64,000 nucleotides of DNA from Lingula anatina. Lineage: Eukaryota > Animalia > Brachiopoda. The stretch lies in contig CM120641.1 in the NCBI GenBank assembly GCA_051362555.1, forward strand, positions 28,154,401 through 28,218,400, given 5' to 3'. Below are positions 11,751 through 24,800 of this stretch, one piece after another. Made by a program: the position numbers and the translations under genes. Below the pieces are notes generated by a model, which was given only the letters and a program-made list of their open reading frames with translations, ran no database searches and was not told the DNA's origin. Within the stretch, counting starts at the first letter, position 1. Every line of letters begins with the position of its first letter.

Positions 11751-13952
11751 TTTTTCATCCCTGTGGCCTTAATATTATTGTAAAATTTGTCATTGTATGC
11801 TTTCAAAAATATCTTTAATTCCTTACCCCCCCTCCCCCCTTAGCAAAATCACGAGTCTACCAGTGTCATAACTACTACAAATGCCATGTACTGAGGTAAG
11901 TTGCAACATCATAATTTCACAATGTCTGAGAAGAATTATTTTATTAACTTGATAACATTACACATTTATAATGAACATACCCAGAATCTTTTCAAATGAG
12001 TGATGGTGGAAATGAAATTCAGCTTGAATTTTGGCAGGCATATATACATGTAAATAAATAAAACTGTTTCCCACACACATTCAGTTTGTAATTCAAAATA
12101 CAGGGAATGTAAAATATCAACTACACATTATGTGTTCAGCAGTGTTACAGTAATACCCCCTGAATATGGAGAGTTAAGACAAAAACATTGCTAATGATTC
12201 AGTCAACAATTGCAAAAAACCAAAACACCTGCATAGTAAAGAAATAGGTTTTCAAAGATGCATTGTGATGATTGCATGGATGAACAGTTATCAAATGTTG
12301 ATTAATTAGAATGGATATTTAGGTGACCTGAGCAGCTGAGGCTACGTTGAACACAGTGTACTTTTGTGACACATGACAAACAATTAAGGCCTTAAGAGTA
12401 GAATGTGCTCTATAAGCCACCAGGTTAGAACCTACCCGATTTATATTAACTGTCAATTCCCAAAAGCAACTCTTGATTTATTGAAATATTTACCAGTGCC
12501 TGATATCATTAAGGTCTAATGGCCACAACAAATTAACAGCCCATAAAGGTTATTCAAAATACAAAATTACTGTTGTTTTATTTTCTTTGCAGTTATATCA
12601 ACAGTGTTTAATACAGAAGAAAATTGCATTCCTGGACAAAGGCCGATAACAATTATTACATGCATCAGAAAATACCATTTGGTGAAAAGAGTTATGCTGA
12701 TATGGTGTTGGACAGTACCTATTTCTTAGTCTAGTCTTAGTATTGTAGAAGTGAAACACTGGCAGCCAATATATACAAACATATCCCAAAATTTACAGGG
12801 TTGATATATTGCACTTGCACATGTGGCTTAACAAAATCGCCCCATGATTGGATCACCGTACTCTGCTTTCTACGTACCAGTAAGTATCTGTTTATAAATA
12901 TAACAGACACACAGGAAAAATCAAAGCACAACCATTGCAGCAAAAATACCAGTACTTATCTACAATTCAAACATCATGTAGATTTAAATGGAATAATTAG
13001 TTGCAGCACCATGCAGATGATATATGATTCAACAGTGTTGACAAATGATGTGATTAAAATGAACATGGAATAAATTGAAAATAAGAAACATCATTTCAAT
13101 GATATGGCAATCATAGTATTCACAATGAAATAAAACCATAATTATTTTTTTATATTATCTACTGCCTACAATGACAATGTATGAGACCAAAGGAAAATGT
13201 GCCTTTCTTTAGAGTGGATAAATTTTGATTGTGTTGAAAAACTTCCAATTTCCTTCCAAAACATCATCATCCACTTCATTATATTGATTTGCATCTGGTG
13301 TCAAATTGGACCTTCATTGTGCACAATTGCCTGCTTTTTCAATAACCATTATTAGATACCCGCATCTGAAACTGACAAGTAACATTAAGACTTCATTTAA
13401 TTTTAAAGCTACCAGTATTTGTTGTCTTGTAATCACTTTTCCATCATATCATTGCCCAATGAGGGTATTATTGGGTATGTTGTTTTTACCATCTAACTTG
13501 ACAAACATACAGATGTACTGAAATGACCATTACTTAGTGTAATTGCATGGAAAGGTACTTTAATTTCAAAGATGACCTTTATTGTAGGCCTATACCAATA
13601 TATGCACCATACAAAAGATTAAATTTCCATTTACAAATTGCCAATTAAGATGATGAACAAAACCAGCGCGTCCTCATTCATGTGAGGAGCAAAAGCATTT
13701 GTTGTAGAACAGCAGGGGTATCAGAAAATATATAAATATAATTTACAAAACCAGGCTTCAATAAACTTCAATCTAGGCTTGGGAATTTCTTTTTTTTTAA
13801 TGAAGGATACAATTCTTGACCAAATACAATTGAATTCTCTTTGCATGATATTTACAGGACAATATTTTCTCAAAAACATCAAAACATGGTAAATGTACCA
13901 GTAAACTAGCTACCTTGAAAGAGCTATGCCATCAAAACCTAACCATCTCCTT

Positions 13953-14121
13953 CAGGGGCGGATCCAGAAATATTTTCTGACAGTCTTCCATACTATATTT
14001 GTTGATCCATCCTCCATTTTTTGACCGTCTTCTGACAGAAACATATAGATACCCGTCAGTGAAAACTTGAAAATCTGACCGTCTTCCGGAAGACCCAGAA
14101 GACGGCCTAAATCCGCCCCTG
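13953..14121. mobile_element. MITE, CAGGGGCGGAT TIRs, 5-bp TSD (hAT5-like), copy 1
   Basis: CAGGGGCGGAT...ATCCGCCCCTG with TCCTT on both sides. A related copy is at 19762. Confidence 0.9.
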
Positions 14122-14419
14122 TCCTTTACCACAGAATAATGCCTTGGTAAATCAGACTGAAAACGAAAAGCAAGCATTAGGATCATTACAAAGAGTTAAT
14201 CAAAAATAGATAATGATCAGATCAACTAATGACATACTGTACTAATATTAAGTTTTCATAACAGCCTTTACTTCATCATCGGCAAATATATATATATATA
14301 AAACAGGTATCCGACACAAATGTTTGTTATGTTGTGTAACTGTATTATTAAAATATTTCACTCACAAATGCATATGCTTACTTGTGTGCACACCAGCAAA
14401 CACACGTGCACACATCCTT

Positions 14420-14455
14420 GCACACACACACACACATACACACACACACACACAT
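14420..14455. repeat. (CA)n microsatellite
   Basis: Seen directly. Confidence 0.9.
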
Positions 14456-15128
14456 GCAATTCTACTTGCTGGTATCTCACTTACATGTAACCTCAATATC
14501 CAAGTTTATTTCCTATTGTTCTTTGCATTGATAGATCCTTCTTCCATGCTGATAGACCCTTGCAGTGATAAGTCCCAACACAGGTTCATCTCTCCCCTCC
14601 ATCCTCAGGTATTTTGATCAGATATGAAAATGGCCTTCAGACTAGAATCCACTCTGTTAAATGATTTTGCGAGGTGAAAATGAAAATTCCCTTATACTAA
14701 TGCTGAAAAGCACCACACTGGCTTGGCAATATAACAGTGCAGGGATGTATTGATGTGGGTATCAGTGGATACAGTGACTATCTCACTATGCTCTTCTGTC
14801 CTTGACACCAGTTTACAACAGCCAGACTCATTTTGGGGTGGTGCCTGAAAATTTTGTGAATTATTTTGTTTATTCCATGAATATTCAGTAGCTGACATGA
14901 AAACTGTGACTTTAGGAAGCTGCCCCCCCCCCCAAAAAAAAAAAAATAATAATAAATAAATAATGATAATAATAATAAACTTTTGTCCTAGCTTCTGACA
15001 ATAACAGAAATGAAATGAAAAGTACTTTACCCTCCCCCCCCCCCAAAAAAAAAAAGAAGAAAAAAAGGGAACTTAATTTTCCTATGCAACTCCTCCCATT
15101 CCTCTCACTGAAAAAGGACTGCCCACCT

Positions 15129-16051
15129 TTAGTATTTAGTATTTAGTATTAGTTTCCTTCTGCTAATTCCAGTTAATAGCAGATGTACATTGATAATAGA
15201 AGAAAAGCTGCAGTGACCTCTTAAACTTAGGATCCCTTTCTCTTCCCCTATGACATACTCAGTATACAGTAGATCTGACAATGAAACTGGTTTTTGTGTC
15301 AGTTTTTGTTCTCTAATATCTGCTGAATTTTGACAAATGAAATCTTACATGGCATGACAATGAAATTAAAAACTTGTGAAACAAATAAATGAATACATAA
15401 ATAAATAAATAAATAATGCACCTTTATCTTGGTCCATCAATTTTCGCCAACTCTGACTAAGAAGTGGCATTGATATTAATGGCCCATCAGGAGACACCTG
15501 AATAACATGTGTCATCTGCAGACCTGTCACCTCTATAGTCTTCTTCACTGATTTCTCTGCTCTGATGCCTACAAATGTGAAATATGAAGAATTATATTTC
15601 CATTAAAATTAATTCTATAAGAAATAAAATAATGAAAACGTTAAAGTTGATACAAACATTGAATAACTACTTGTTTATAAAGCATGAATTATACTTCTAC
15701 ACTTACAGGCTTTTTTGCCTCAATGTAAATTCGTACTCTGCTACATTCTTATCTCAAGTAGACTAAGTGTTTTGAGGAATAAGGCCTAACATTGAGGCAA
15801 TTTTTAGGCTCAAACAACGTACCATTAATTCTCTCCCCTGCTGTGTCCAGTTTTGATGTCTTTTTGCCTTCTGAGGACATCTTGAAAAAAACCAGATGCA
15901 ATGTTTCAAAATATACAGTAGTTCTGTTCATGCACACATGTTACACGTGTATGTATGGACTTGTTCCGCCAAGTAAAATATTAAGTGCAAATCTTTCTTG
16001 ATTTATATTTGTGCCGAGTTTAAATATGCCACTGCCAGTGTCAGTCGCCAT
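15129..16051 (-). CDS. Unannotated spliced ORF (~165 aa over 3-4 exons), unknown protein, possibly the intact 5' part of a decayed gene
   Basis: ATG in AAGATGGCG context at 16051. Exons 16051-15947 (weak donor), 15880-15823, 15568-15422 and 15322-15129 join in frame through GT-AG introns: MATDTGSGIFKLG..PYIH/MSSEGKKTSKLDTAGERING/IRAEKSVKKTIEVTGLQ..DQDK/ADIREQKLTQKP..NTKY*. Confidence 0.5.
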
Positions 16052-16775
16052 CTTGTTTACAGTAGAAACCATAAGCACTTAAACGCGCGCAGCTTTGTTA
16101 ATTACTTTTATTGCATTTATGTTCCTCTTAGTTGCTAGCAAGGTTTTAGTACTGTTATTTTGTTCCTTTTTCTCAAAATAAGCTGATATAGTAAACAGAA
16201 TTGCTCTCTGTCCAAATTTTTTGATGATAACTTGTACTAAGTACTATGCACTTCGCTGACAGAGTGCACGCCTACGAAAAAGTTGCTCGAAAATCGGTAA
16301 TGTCAACACGACTGGTCAACACGGTAAGCCAACAAAATAACTATCCATATCAGTTATTTTTCCATTTACAAAGTCAGAAGTTTGATATGTTGTTTTGAGA
16401 TTTATATTACAAGTGAAAATAATGGTTAATATAAACAGGCCCTTTTCCAATGATGCAGATTCCACACAATATTATAATTCCTTGTCCACGGTAGCACGGG
16501 CAATGATACCGACTCAAAAACCGCCTCAACTCTATAATTTGACCCAGAGTTGCAAGCTTTGTTTAGAATTTAGAGCTTGGGTTCAGACAAATCACACAAG
16601 TACACTTGAATGCAGCTGAGGGTAAACTTCCGACGAGTATTTCTTGTATACTTTATGCAACAATGGCTTTGCTACCTGTATTTTAGGATACAATTTATGA
16701 GAGAACGTCATTGATCACCCTGCAATGTAGTCCTAGGTGAAGAAAACATGGTGAGAGAACCGTGATTGAGCGAAA

Positions 16776-18867
16776 ATGGGGACAGGTAGTTCCTTCTTCC
16801 GCCACCAGGATGAAGATGATCTTGGTGATGGGGTCATTAAGCGCATTCCCATCGAGGTCAAGCCTCGTGGAAAACTGGGGCTGCGATCTGTGGGGTCACT
16901 GGGTAGGAAACCCAAAGGTGGTAGCCTTCGTTCCGCCCTGTCTGTTGATCTGGAAAACCCAGAGGTGGAGCGAATCAGGAGAGAATTTGAGATGTATCGC
17001 CTCAACAAGGAAAATGAACTTGCAAATGTGCAGAAAAAGGAGCAGAAACTTGATACTGAAAATAAGAAGCTCAGGACAGAATTACAGGCTTTACAGCAGA
17101 TGTGTCGCAAGCTGAAGAATGAAAATGATATTGCCTTAGAGGCTGAGCAACAGGCCTTGGAGAGAGCATTCACATTTGAGAATGACAGAAATAAAGTTCA
17201 AAGACAATTTAAGGTATTTTGATATAGAATAAATACATTTATTTTAACAGTGTGCTCCTTAGCTGTAATAGTTATCGTACATATATCATTACTCTGAAAA
17301 CTATTCAGTGCATGGTATTTTGCATTTACCTTGTCTGTTATTGAGGAGTTTGAGCATCAGGCCAAAACACCATTCATTAACCATTTTGAAATTAAACTAT
17401 TTGTCTTCTTAAGATGTGTTTGAAGGCCCTACAGGTGATTTATGTCAACCAAAATCTTAAATAAATTTATTTACTTTCAGATATTCAGGGAAACCAAAGA
17501 AAATGAGATTCAGAACTTGCTTAAAGCCAAGCGTGACTTAGAAAACAAGTTGTCAAGGCTGTCCCATGGTTTGATAGTGGATGACTTGGACTCTGGTTCT
17601 AGGAGGTCCAACAGTCTGGACAATTTAGGTAGGGCAATTTACCCAAGAATGCTGATAATGTAAAATCTCCTTAATGAGAGTGGTCAGTTAAAGTTTTAGA
17701 AATTATTATGTTGTTTTTATATTGGGAATGTGTAAAATTAAGTAGAGTAATGAGAGTGGTAAGTAGAAGTTTGTTGTAGAAATTATTATTTGTTTTTATA
17801 TTAGTAATGAGTAAAATTATATAGAATAATGTTGTCCATCTAGGAGGTGGTCAGTCAGGAGACTGGTGGACAAACCTGGACAGTGAACCTTCAATGGGCA
17901 GTACATTACAACTACAGACCTTCATCAACAGAGGGGGACCAGAGTTTGCCCACAGTATTGTAGAGCTGGACGGACCATTCACAAATGTCACTAAAGGTAA
18001 AAATGAACATTTTAAAGTATTTCAGTACTAAAATATGTCAAAATTTTCCTTTTTTTTTTGAAAATACAGATAAGTGGATGAAACTTATTGAAATAAAAAC
18101 ATCAATAATTGGATATTTTTGATATGCTGCTGCTATATAATTCAATTTAAGTTTGACAAAATGTATCAGCTCATATGCAGGAAAGTTATCTTTCAGATGA
18201 CTGGAATGCTGCAGCAGCAAGCTTGGCTCAAGTCACTCCCATTCTCCCAACTCAGCCAGTCAAAAATACCATCAGGGTCTACATATGTGCCAGCAAGGAC
18301 ACACTGGATGAAGTAAAGCTTTTCAAAAGGGTGAGTGTACAACATATATCTGTTGTAACAGAAGATTATGCTGTGTATTGAACTTGCAAGAATTGTTTTT
18401 TAATGCATTGTCTAATGATTTTAGTGTCAACGCAGTAACAGTAGAAAATGTATACAATGGCAAAATCTACATTTGCATTTGAAAATTTACGTTATGACAT
18501 AGTCTTTTTTTCTTGGGTTTGTTTACAGTCATAATTAGATCTCATATTTTACTTAAAAATTTATGCAGTGACATATATCAATTGAATATGATTTTTTATA
18601 TTTTCTCTTTTTTACACAGGAGCATGTTCCTGATCTTGATAGACTGGTCTCAAGTGAAGGCAGGTCCCTGGTTGTAGTACATATTCAACAGGAGGATGAC
18701 ACACTCCCTGTATGTACTTTACCTAAATTCGTACAATAAAAAGACATATTTTCCCCTTAAGTATTCTTTTTAGTTAATGTGAGATTTCCATTTTATGTTA
18801 AAAGTGTCTTGTCACAAACATTTACAAGACTTAGTTTCAAAGTTATGAAAATAGTGCCCCTGTTCCT

Positions 18868-18898
<31 letters not shown>

Positions 18899-21800
18899 TT
18901 TTTTTTTTTTTGGGGGGGGGGGGGGGGACTTTTTATGCATTATGGGGATTTCACTTATAGTTTAAACTTTCCCAAAATCATTGCTTGACTTTTTTCTGCA
19001 TGGAACATTCCATTCCCCTGCAAATGTTGTTTGCCCCCCCCCTCCACACACACACACACACACATGCGCCTGTGCGCATACACACAAAATTATCTTATAT
19101 GTTGGTAGGTTGTCTAGTGTTTTGTAACAAATGTCTGAGGAGCAGACTACTTCATTTTCAAAGAATTCATAAAAACCTTCATGCACCAAAATAATTTTCA
19201 GTGACCTTTTTATTGATAGATGTTTGTTTATTTGTTTCAGATCAACATAAAACTGTTGTCTGGAGTCAGTTGCCAGGTAGCGGAATGCACCATATTTCTA
19301 GGTTTCCTTGGAAATAAAATAAACAAGTAAGATGCAAGAAAGAGATTCCCATTTTCTCTCAGCTAATTTATCAGTTTAAACATACAATTGCAAGTATGCA
19401 AACTGTTTTACTTTAACATATTAGATTTTATTTCAAATATTGTTACGTACAAAGGTCATGTGAACTGTTCTCAAATGATATGGTAGATGTTTGTGATATG
19501 ATTTTAACACATATTTATTGCAAGCCATGTCTCCTTTAAAAAAATAAAAAATTAGCACTTTATCTCTGTTTATCTAGACTAACTTTTGTTGCTTTTCCCA
19601 CTTTTATTAGGCTAGCTGAAGAGGCAGTGAATGTGTTCCTCAACTGTGATAATCAAAAATCAACAAGTGCAATATTTTGCTTCAAAGCTCCGGGTCCCAA
19701 GGGGTGAGTCTTCACTCAATCACAGGGGATGTGCTAACGTTAACTTAGGTTATAATTGTTTCAGGGGCGGATCCAAAGATATTTTCTGAAAGTCTTCCAA
19801 ATTATCTTTGTTGATCCACCCTCCATTTTAACCATCTTCCGACAAAAAACATTAGATACCCGTCAATGTAAACTTAAAAATCTGATCGTCTTCCAGAAGA
19901 CTCAGAAGACGGCCTAAATCCGCCCCTGTGTTTAGTTTGATTTTTTAGCTTACTGCCTTATTTGGACAGTATTTTACAGTGCCTTAATTTCAGGCATGTA
20001 TCAGCTGTTACATGTTTTTAATGGTAATAGCACAATTATATTTACGGAGGTAGAATTTTGATTCCAAAGTTTTCTTACTGTATATGTCACTCCTCACATC
20101 ACTTTGTTGGAAGATCTGAAAGAGGGATCACTGTGTCTCTCATAGTAAACTTGTATATGCTAAGAACTTGAGATCAAAGTCTTGTGCCAGTAGTGAATAT
20201 TGCACCTTATTCTCACTGGAGGACAAGAACCTCCCTCCTCTCTCCCCCCCCTCCCTCCCCTCTATGAACATTTGCTAACAGCTTGCTTTTTTCTCTAAAG
20301 GGTCACCCCTGAAGTGGAACAGATGAAGTACGATATAAGCAGTAAATGCTCTGGTGCTAAGATACATGAGAACTATGATAGTGCAGAGGATGGTGCGAAA
20401 TGTGCTTATGTTGACATCAAAAGTATTTTAAAGATGGTGAGTATGGTTTGAATTGATTTATCTATTTGTAGCTATTCATAATCTTATTGAGGATCACAAG
20501 GTGTACATAGTGTTGGGCAGATCCTCTCAAGAGGTTACAACTTTTGTAATATTCTCATTATTTCTAAAAGTTAAACTAAAAGTCGAAGTTCTTGTTTTAA
20601 GTAACCTGCTGCAATTTATATACTACAGTTGGAAGTGCATTTTTCTTCACAACAATAAGTTTTCTTGTAGTCTTGTATATACTGCATCGGTATTAATAAA
20701 ATATCTCAGCAGACTGGACGTTTGATTATTTTTGAGTTTTTTTGTTCATATATATTTGGAAATAATTGTATCAACAGAAGATTTATATTGCAGGAATTGG
20801 GTATGGACCAGGATCACTCTGATGCAGATTCAGGGTTCTCAGAAAATGGCGGCCCTGAGCAGCTATGCGGTGGGCTGTGGGATGTACATGGCCAGTTTGA
20901 GCAGATTGAGGCCTTGAACTATGCACTGAGTTCCAACTGCCAAATGGGGTTTGAAAAAGTAATTTAAGACTTATAACTATATGATTAATTGAATGAATAA
21001 AAATAAAGGCTTTGTTTGTAATAGAGGCCCTTATTCCAGCAGGATATTAGCAGTTTAAAAACACCATATTACTGTAGGCATTAAAAAGAATAAATAAACA
21101 CCATGTCAAAAATTTGGAAGGGTGTTTTATGTTGGCTTGATATAAAACTTTTATCTTTTGTTTCGAAATCCATGCAAGATATAACCACATAAATAAGGCC
21201 ATGTTGTTTCAGTACTATGAAAGACTGAACACTCACGTCCAGTCTGCTGGACCACTCCCACCGCTGCTGATCTCTGGAGGCTCTGGGCTAGGGAAGTCTC
21301 TGCTACTAGCTAAATGGTAATGTATGAATTATGAAATATGTGTATATATTGTAAATATCTTTAAATCATTTTATCCCATCATCTGCATTCAGTAGGAATG
21401 TTTACCTGAGAAAGTGGTTAGTAATGAGCATCTCATATGTGGGGCTCTTGGTTGTATTGGCAAATAATTTACCCTGGTATATTAAATTAGAGATACATTT
21501 AATAGACAGTTTTTTACTTGAAAGAAAGTCCAAAAATCTCTACTCGTCTGACATTTGCATTATGTGTACATGAATATGTTACCATAGAAACCTGAAGTTT
21601 TCCATTTCCTCTGCAACTTGGGAGAGAAGGATAATAACATTTCATGATAATTAGTACCACCAGCGTATACGCTGGCGGTACTCATGGTTTTAGTCCTGAC
21701 CCGTCTCGTACAGCTCCGCCGGCTCCTGCGGCTCCGCCGGCTCCTGCGGCTCCGCAGTCGGGCGCCGGAAACAAGTCACCGTTACCGCTTCTCCTCCTAG

Positions 21801-24800
21801 ACCGCCAGGACCTGTGTCCCCATCTCTTGGATTTAGGTAACATATGATCTCAACTTGAACACCCTGGTTTTTTTGTCTCTGTCGGTGCATTGGCCTGGGC
21901 GTGACACTTGTTGAAACGCACCCTTGTCAAAATTTTTGAAAATTCAAGGCTAAATATCTCCCAAACCAAAGGAATTATGGGAAAAATTACCACAGAAGCC
22001 TGACCGAAAGTCATATCTGGAGATTCCAAATATGCCCTGGGATTTGACTTTTGACCTTTTTTTCAAGGTCAAACAAGCCAAAATTTTCTAAAAATGGGAA
22101 TTTTCTGCAAAAAAATATTTGTTTGTGCTATTTTTTGGAAACTACACAGATCTGAGCTCTCCTGTTATAGTGAGGGGTTACAATTGGGGACTCCTTTCAT
22201 CTTTGGGAGTTTGGGGTCAATTGGTGCATTTTCACGGGAGAAGCAGCCATTAGATACCGAAACTGAAAACTTGCTTTTATTCTGGAATGGTAAATGCCAG
22301 AGACCTTTTGTTCCTTGCATTTTGTAAAACTTGTCAAGTGCAATACTGGAGGTGGTGTCCATTTTTTTGTTTTAGATATGGTTTAGGCATTGCGCTATAT
22401 CAAAAATTACAACATCGCAATATTCAGTGGGGAAAATGTTAAATATTCCAAAATTACCAGAGATATGCCCATAGTTACTATTGAACTTGAATAGGAAGTC
22501 ATATACTGGTAATCTAACTGTGACCTTGAAATTGACCTTTGACCTACCTTTCATGATGAACTGCACTTTGAAGTTTTCTGATCTTTATATCTCCAAAACT
22601 GGCAAAGATATGCCCATAGTTACTATTGAACTTGAATAGGAAGTTATATACAAGTAATCTAACTGTGACCTTTAAATTGACCTTTGACCTACTTTTCACC
22701 ATGAACTGAACTTTGCAAATTTTATATCCCTTATATCTCCAAAACTGGCAGAGATACACCCATAGTTACTATTAAACTTGAATAGGAAGTCATATACTGG
22801 CATTCTTATTGTGACCTTGAAATTGACATTTGACCTACTTTTCAACATCAGCTGAACTTTGCAAATTTTTTTATCCCTTATATCTCGAAAACTAGCAGAG
22901 ATAGGTCCAAAGTTACTATTGAACTTGAATAGGAAGTCATATACTGGCAATCTTACTGTGACCTTGAAATTGACCTTTGACCTACTATTTATGATGAACT
23001 GCACTTTACTTGTTTCCTGGCCTTCATATCTCCAACATTGGCAAAGAAATGCCCATAGCTACTATTGAACTTATATAGGAAGTCATATACTGTGACCTTG
23101 AAATTGACCTTTGACCTACTTTTTATCACAAACTGAACTCTGCATATTTTCTTGCCCTTCATATCTTCAAAACTAGCAGAGACCTGCCCAGTGTTGTCCC
23201 TAGGTTTTCTCTTTTGTCAGCATACCGGTATATGCAATACTGATAATGCATTTCAAGGAAAACCAATAGGCCTATTGCCAAGAAAATCACAGGAGTGATC
23301 AGTGTTAGGAAAATACAGGTCAATTTGAACATCTCCTTGATTGGACCATTTTAACTGTTATGTTTTTTTGATTTTTTTTTTTTTTTTTTTTTTTGCATAT
23401 TTTGAGAACTCTTGTTTATTGCATTTTATAGAGCTTGTCTAGCACAAGACTGGTGGTAGTGTCCAATTTTTTTTTTTGGTGGGGGGGGGGGCATACGAAT
23501 GCGCTTACTCCAGCTGGTGGTACAATATCCAGAGGCGGTATCGCCTCTCTGATCCTCTAGTTCTTTGAATGATTTCTAAAATGTTACTAAGTAATTGAGA
23601 ATATATGTTGCATGTTAAAAATTCTAATTTTGCAATTTGCAATCATCAAATTTGCAGGTTAGAACTGCTGCAGGACAAAGCCGAATCATCAGGAACCTTA
23701 ATTTTGTACCATTTTGTGGGCAGCCAAGACTCCAGTTCTGCTGATCCTATACAAATGACAAGGAGACTGACAGCAAAGGTAATACAAGGCTAAATTTTAA
23801 TATATAATACATGATATTTTTAATAGTTGATTTACTATATAAAAGTTAAATATTTAGTCATGAAGGATTTACACACAAGTAATTGGTACAATACATTTTA
23901 TAAAAATCTCACAAGGCCTTTTTGAATGGGCTGTCATGTGGTGTACTGCCAAAGATGATACCGGGTTGCTCTGTGATTGGAGTCTGCAAGATGTTAATTG
24001 TGTTCAAACAACCTTCTTCAAGCTTTATGTAATTTCATTTCTCTGATGCCTGTCCTTAAGAACTGTCTGTTTTATTTTATCCAATAATTTTCTGTCCACT
24101 GTCTGTATAGTTAATGCAGTATGTGTCATCCCCACCAACACTGACCTGTGACCCATCGCGTTTAGTGGAGGAATTCCCTCGTTGGCTTGAAAAGGTGTCC
24201 TCAAAACTACCTGGAGGTGTGGTGCTGGCTCTGGACTCTGTTGACAGATTCAGGGTATGATAGACAATAAGTTGCAATCAGAGATTCTTCAAACAACATG
24301 CTTGGAAGAAAGTGACTTGTGAGACATTGAAATATTAGAGTGGTAATATCTATGATTTAAAGCAACTCTTATATATATTACTTACAAAACATTTTCTAGT
24401 AAATATAAACAATTCATGTTGTTCAAATTTTCAAAAGTAATTACCATAAATGCTGTTATATGTTGATTTTGACAATATCTCAAGGGGGAATTTTCTGTTT
24501 CATTTTTTAAGCAAGGAGAACATCACCTGAAGTGGCTTTTAGATCCATTACCAGTGGACTTCAGAGTTGTTGTGACAGTACATGAAGACACTTGTCCTCA
24601 GTCGTGGAGGTGATAGTTGTTAGAAATAGTTGTTAGATGTCCTGTACAACTGAAGTAACATAAATATCTTCTTGAAATGTGGCTCTGATATTATAGATAT
24701 TTATGTGCTGGATACTTTATGAAATATTAAAAAACTAGAATTTAATGCATGCTACAGGCCAGTAGTATTTTCCTCCTTTATTTACATTTTTTGCTCCCAT

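Larger units (their letters stand above)
12600..15128 (-). pseudogene. Exon-like remnants with in-frame stops, downstream of the minus-strand spliced ORF
   Basis: Acceptor-led segments such as ~13365-13163 read CGYLIMVIEKAGNCAQ*RSNLTPDANQYNEVDDDVLEGNWKFFNTIKIYPL*RKAHFPLVSY. The exon-like segment at ~14156-13914 is interrupted by a MITE. Minus-strand AATAAA near 11940. Confidence 0.35.

Noticed and set aside
14150-14285. Box C/D snoRNA candidate (minus-strand ATGATGA...CTGA)
   Set aside because: No convincing adjacent terminal stem or recognisable guide, and the distal CTGA overlaps a splice-acceptor-like junction.
13545-15500. YqaJ exonuclease-like words (VSPDG, FEIKVPF) in the minus-strand unit
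   Set aside because: They lie ~2 kb and several exon-like segments apart, whereas the real motifs are close together. Too weak without an HMM search.
22372-23068. Repeated ORFs such as [23 protein letters not shown]
   Set aside because: Translations of the non-coding 146-bp satellite; the unit length is not a multiple of 3.
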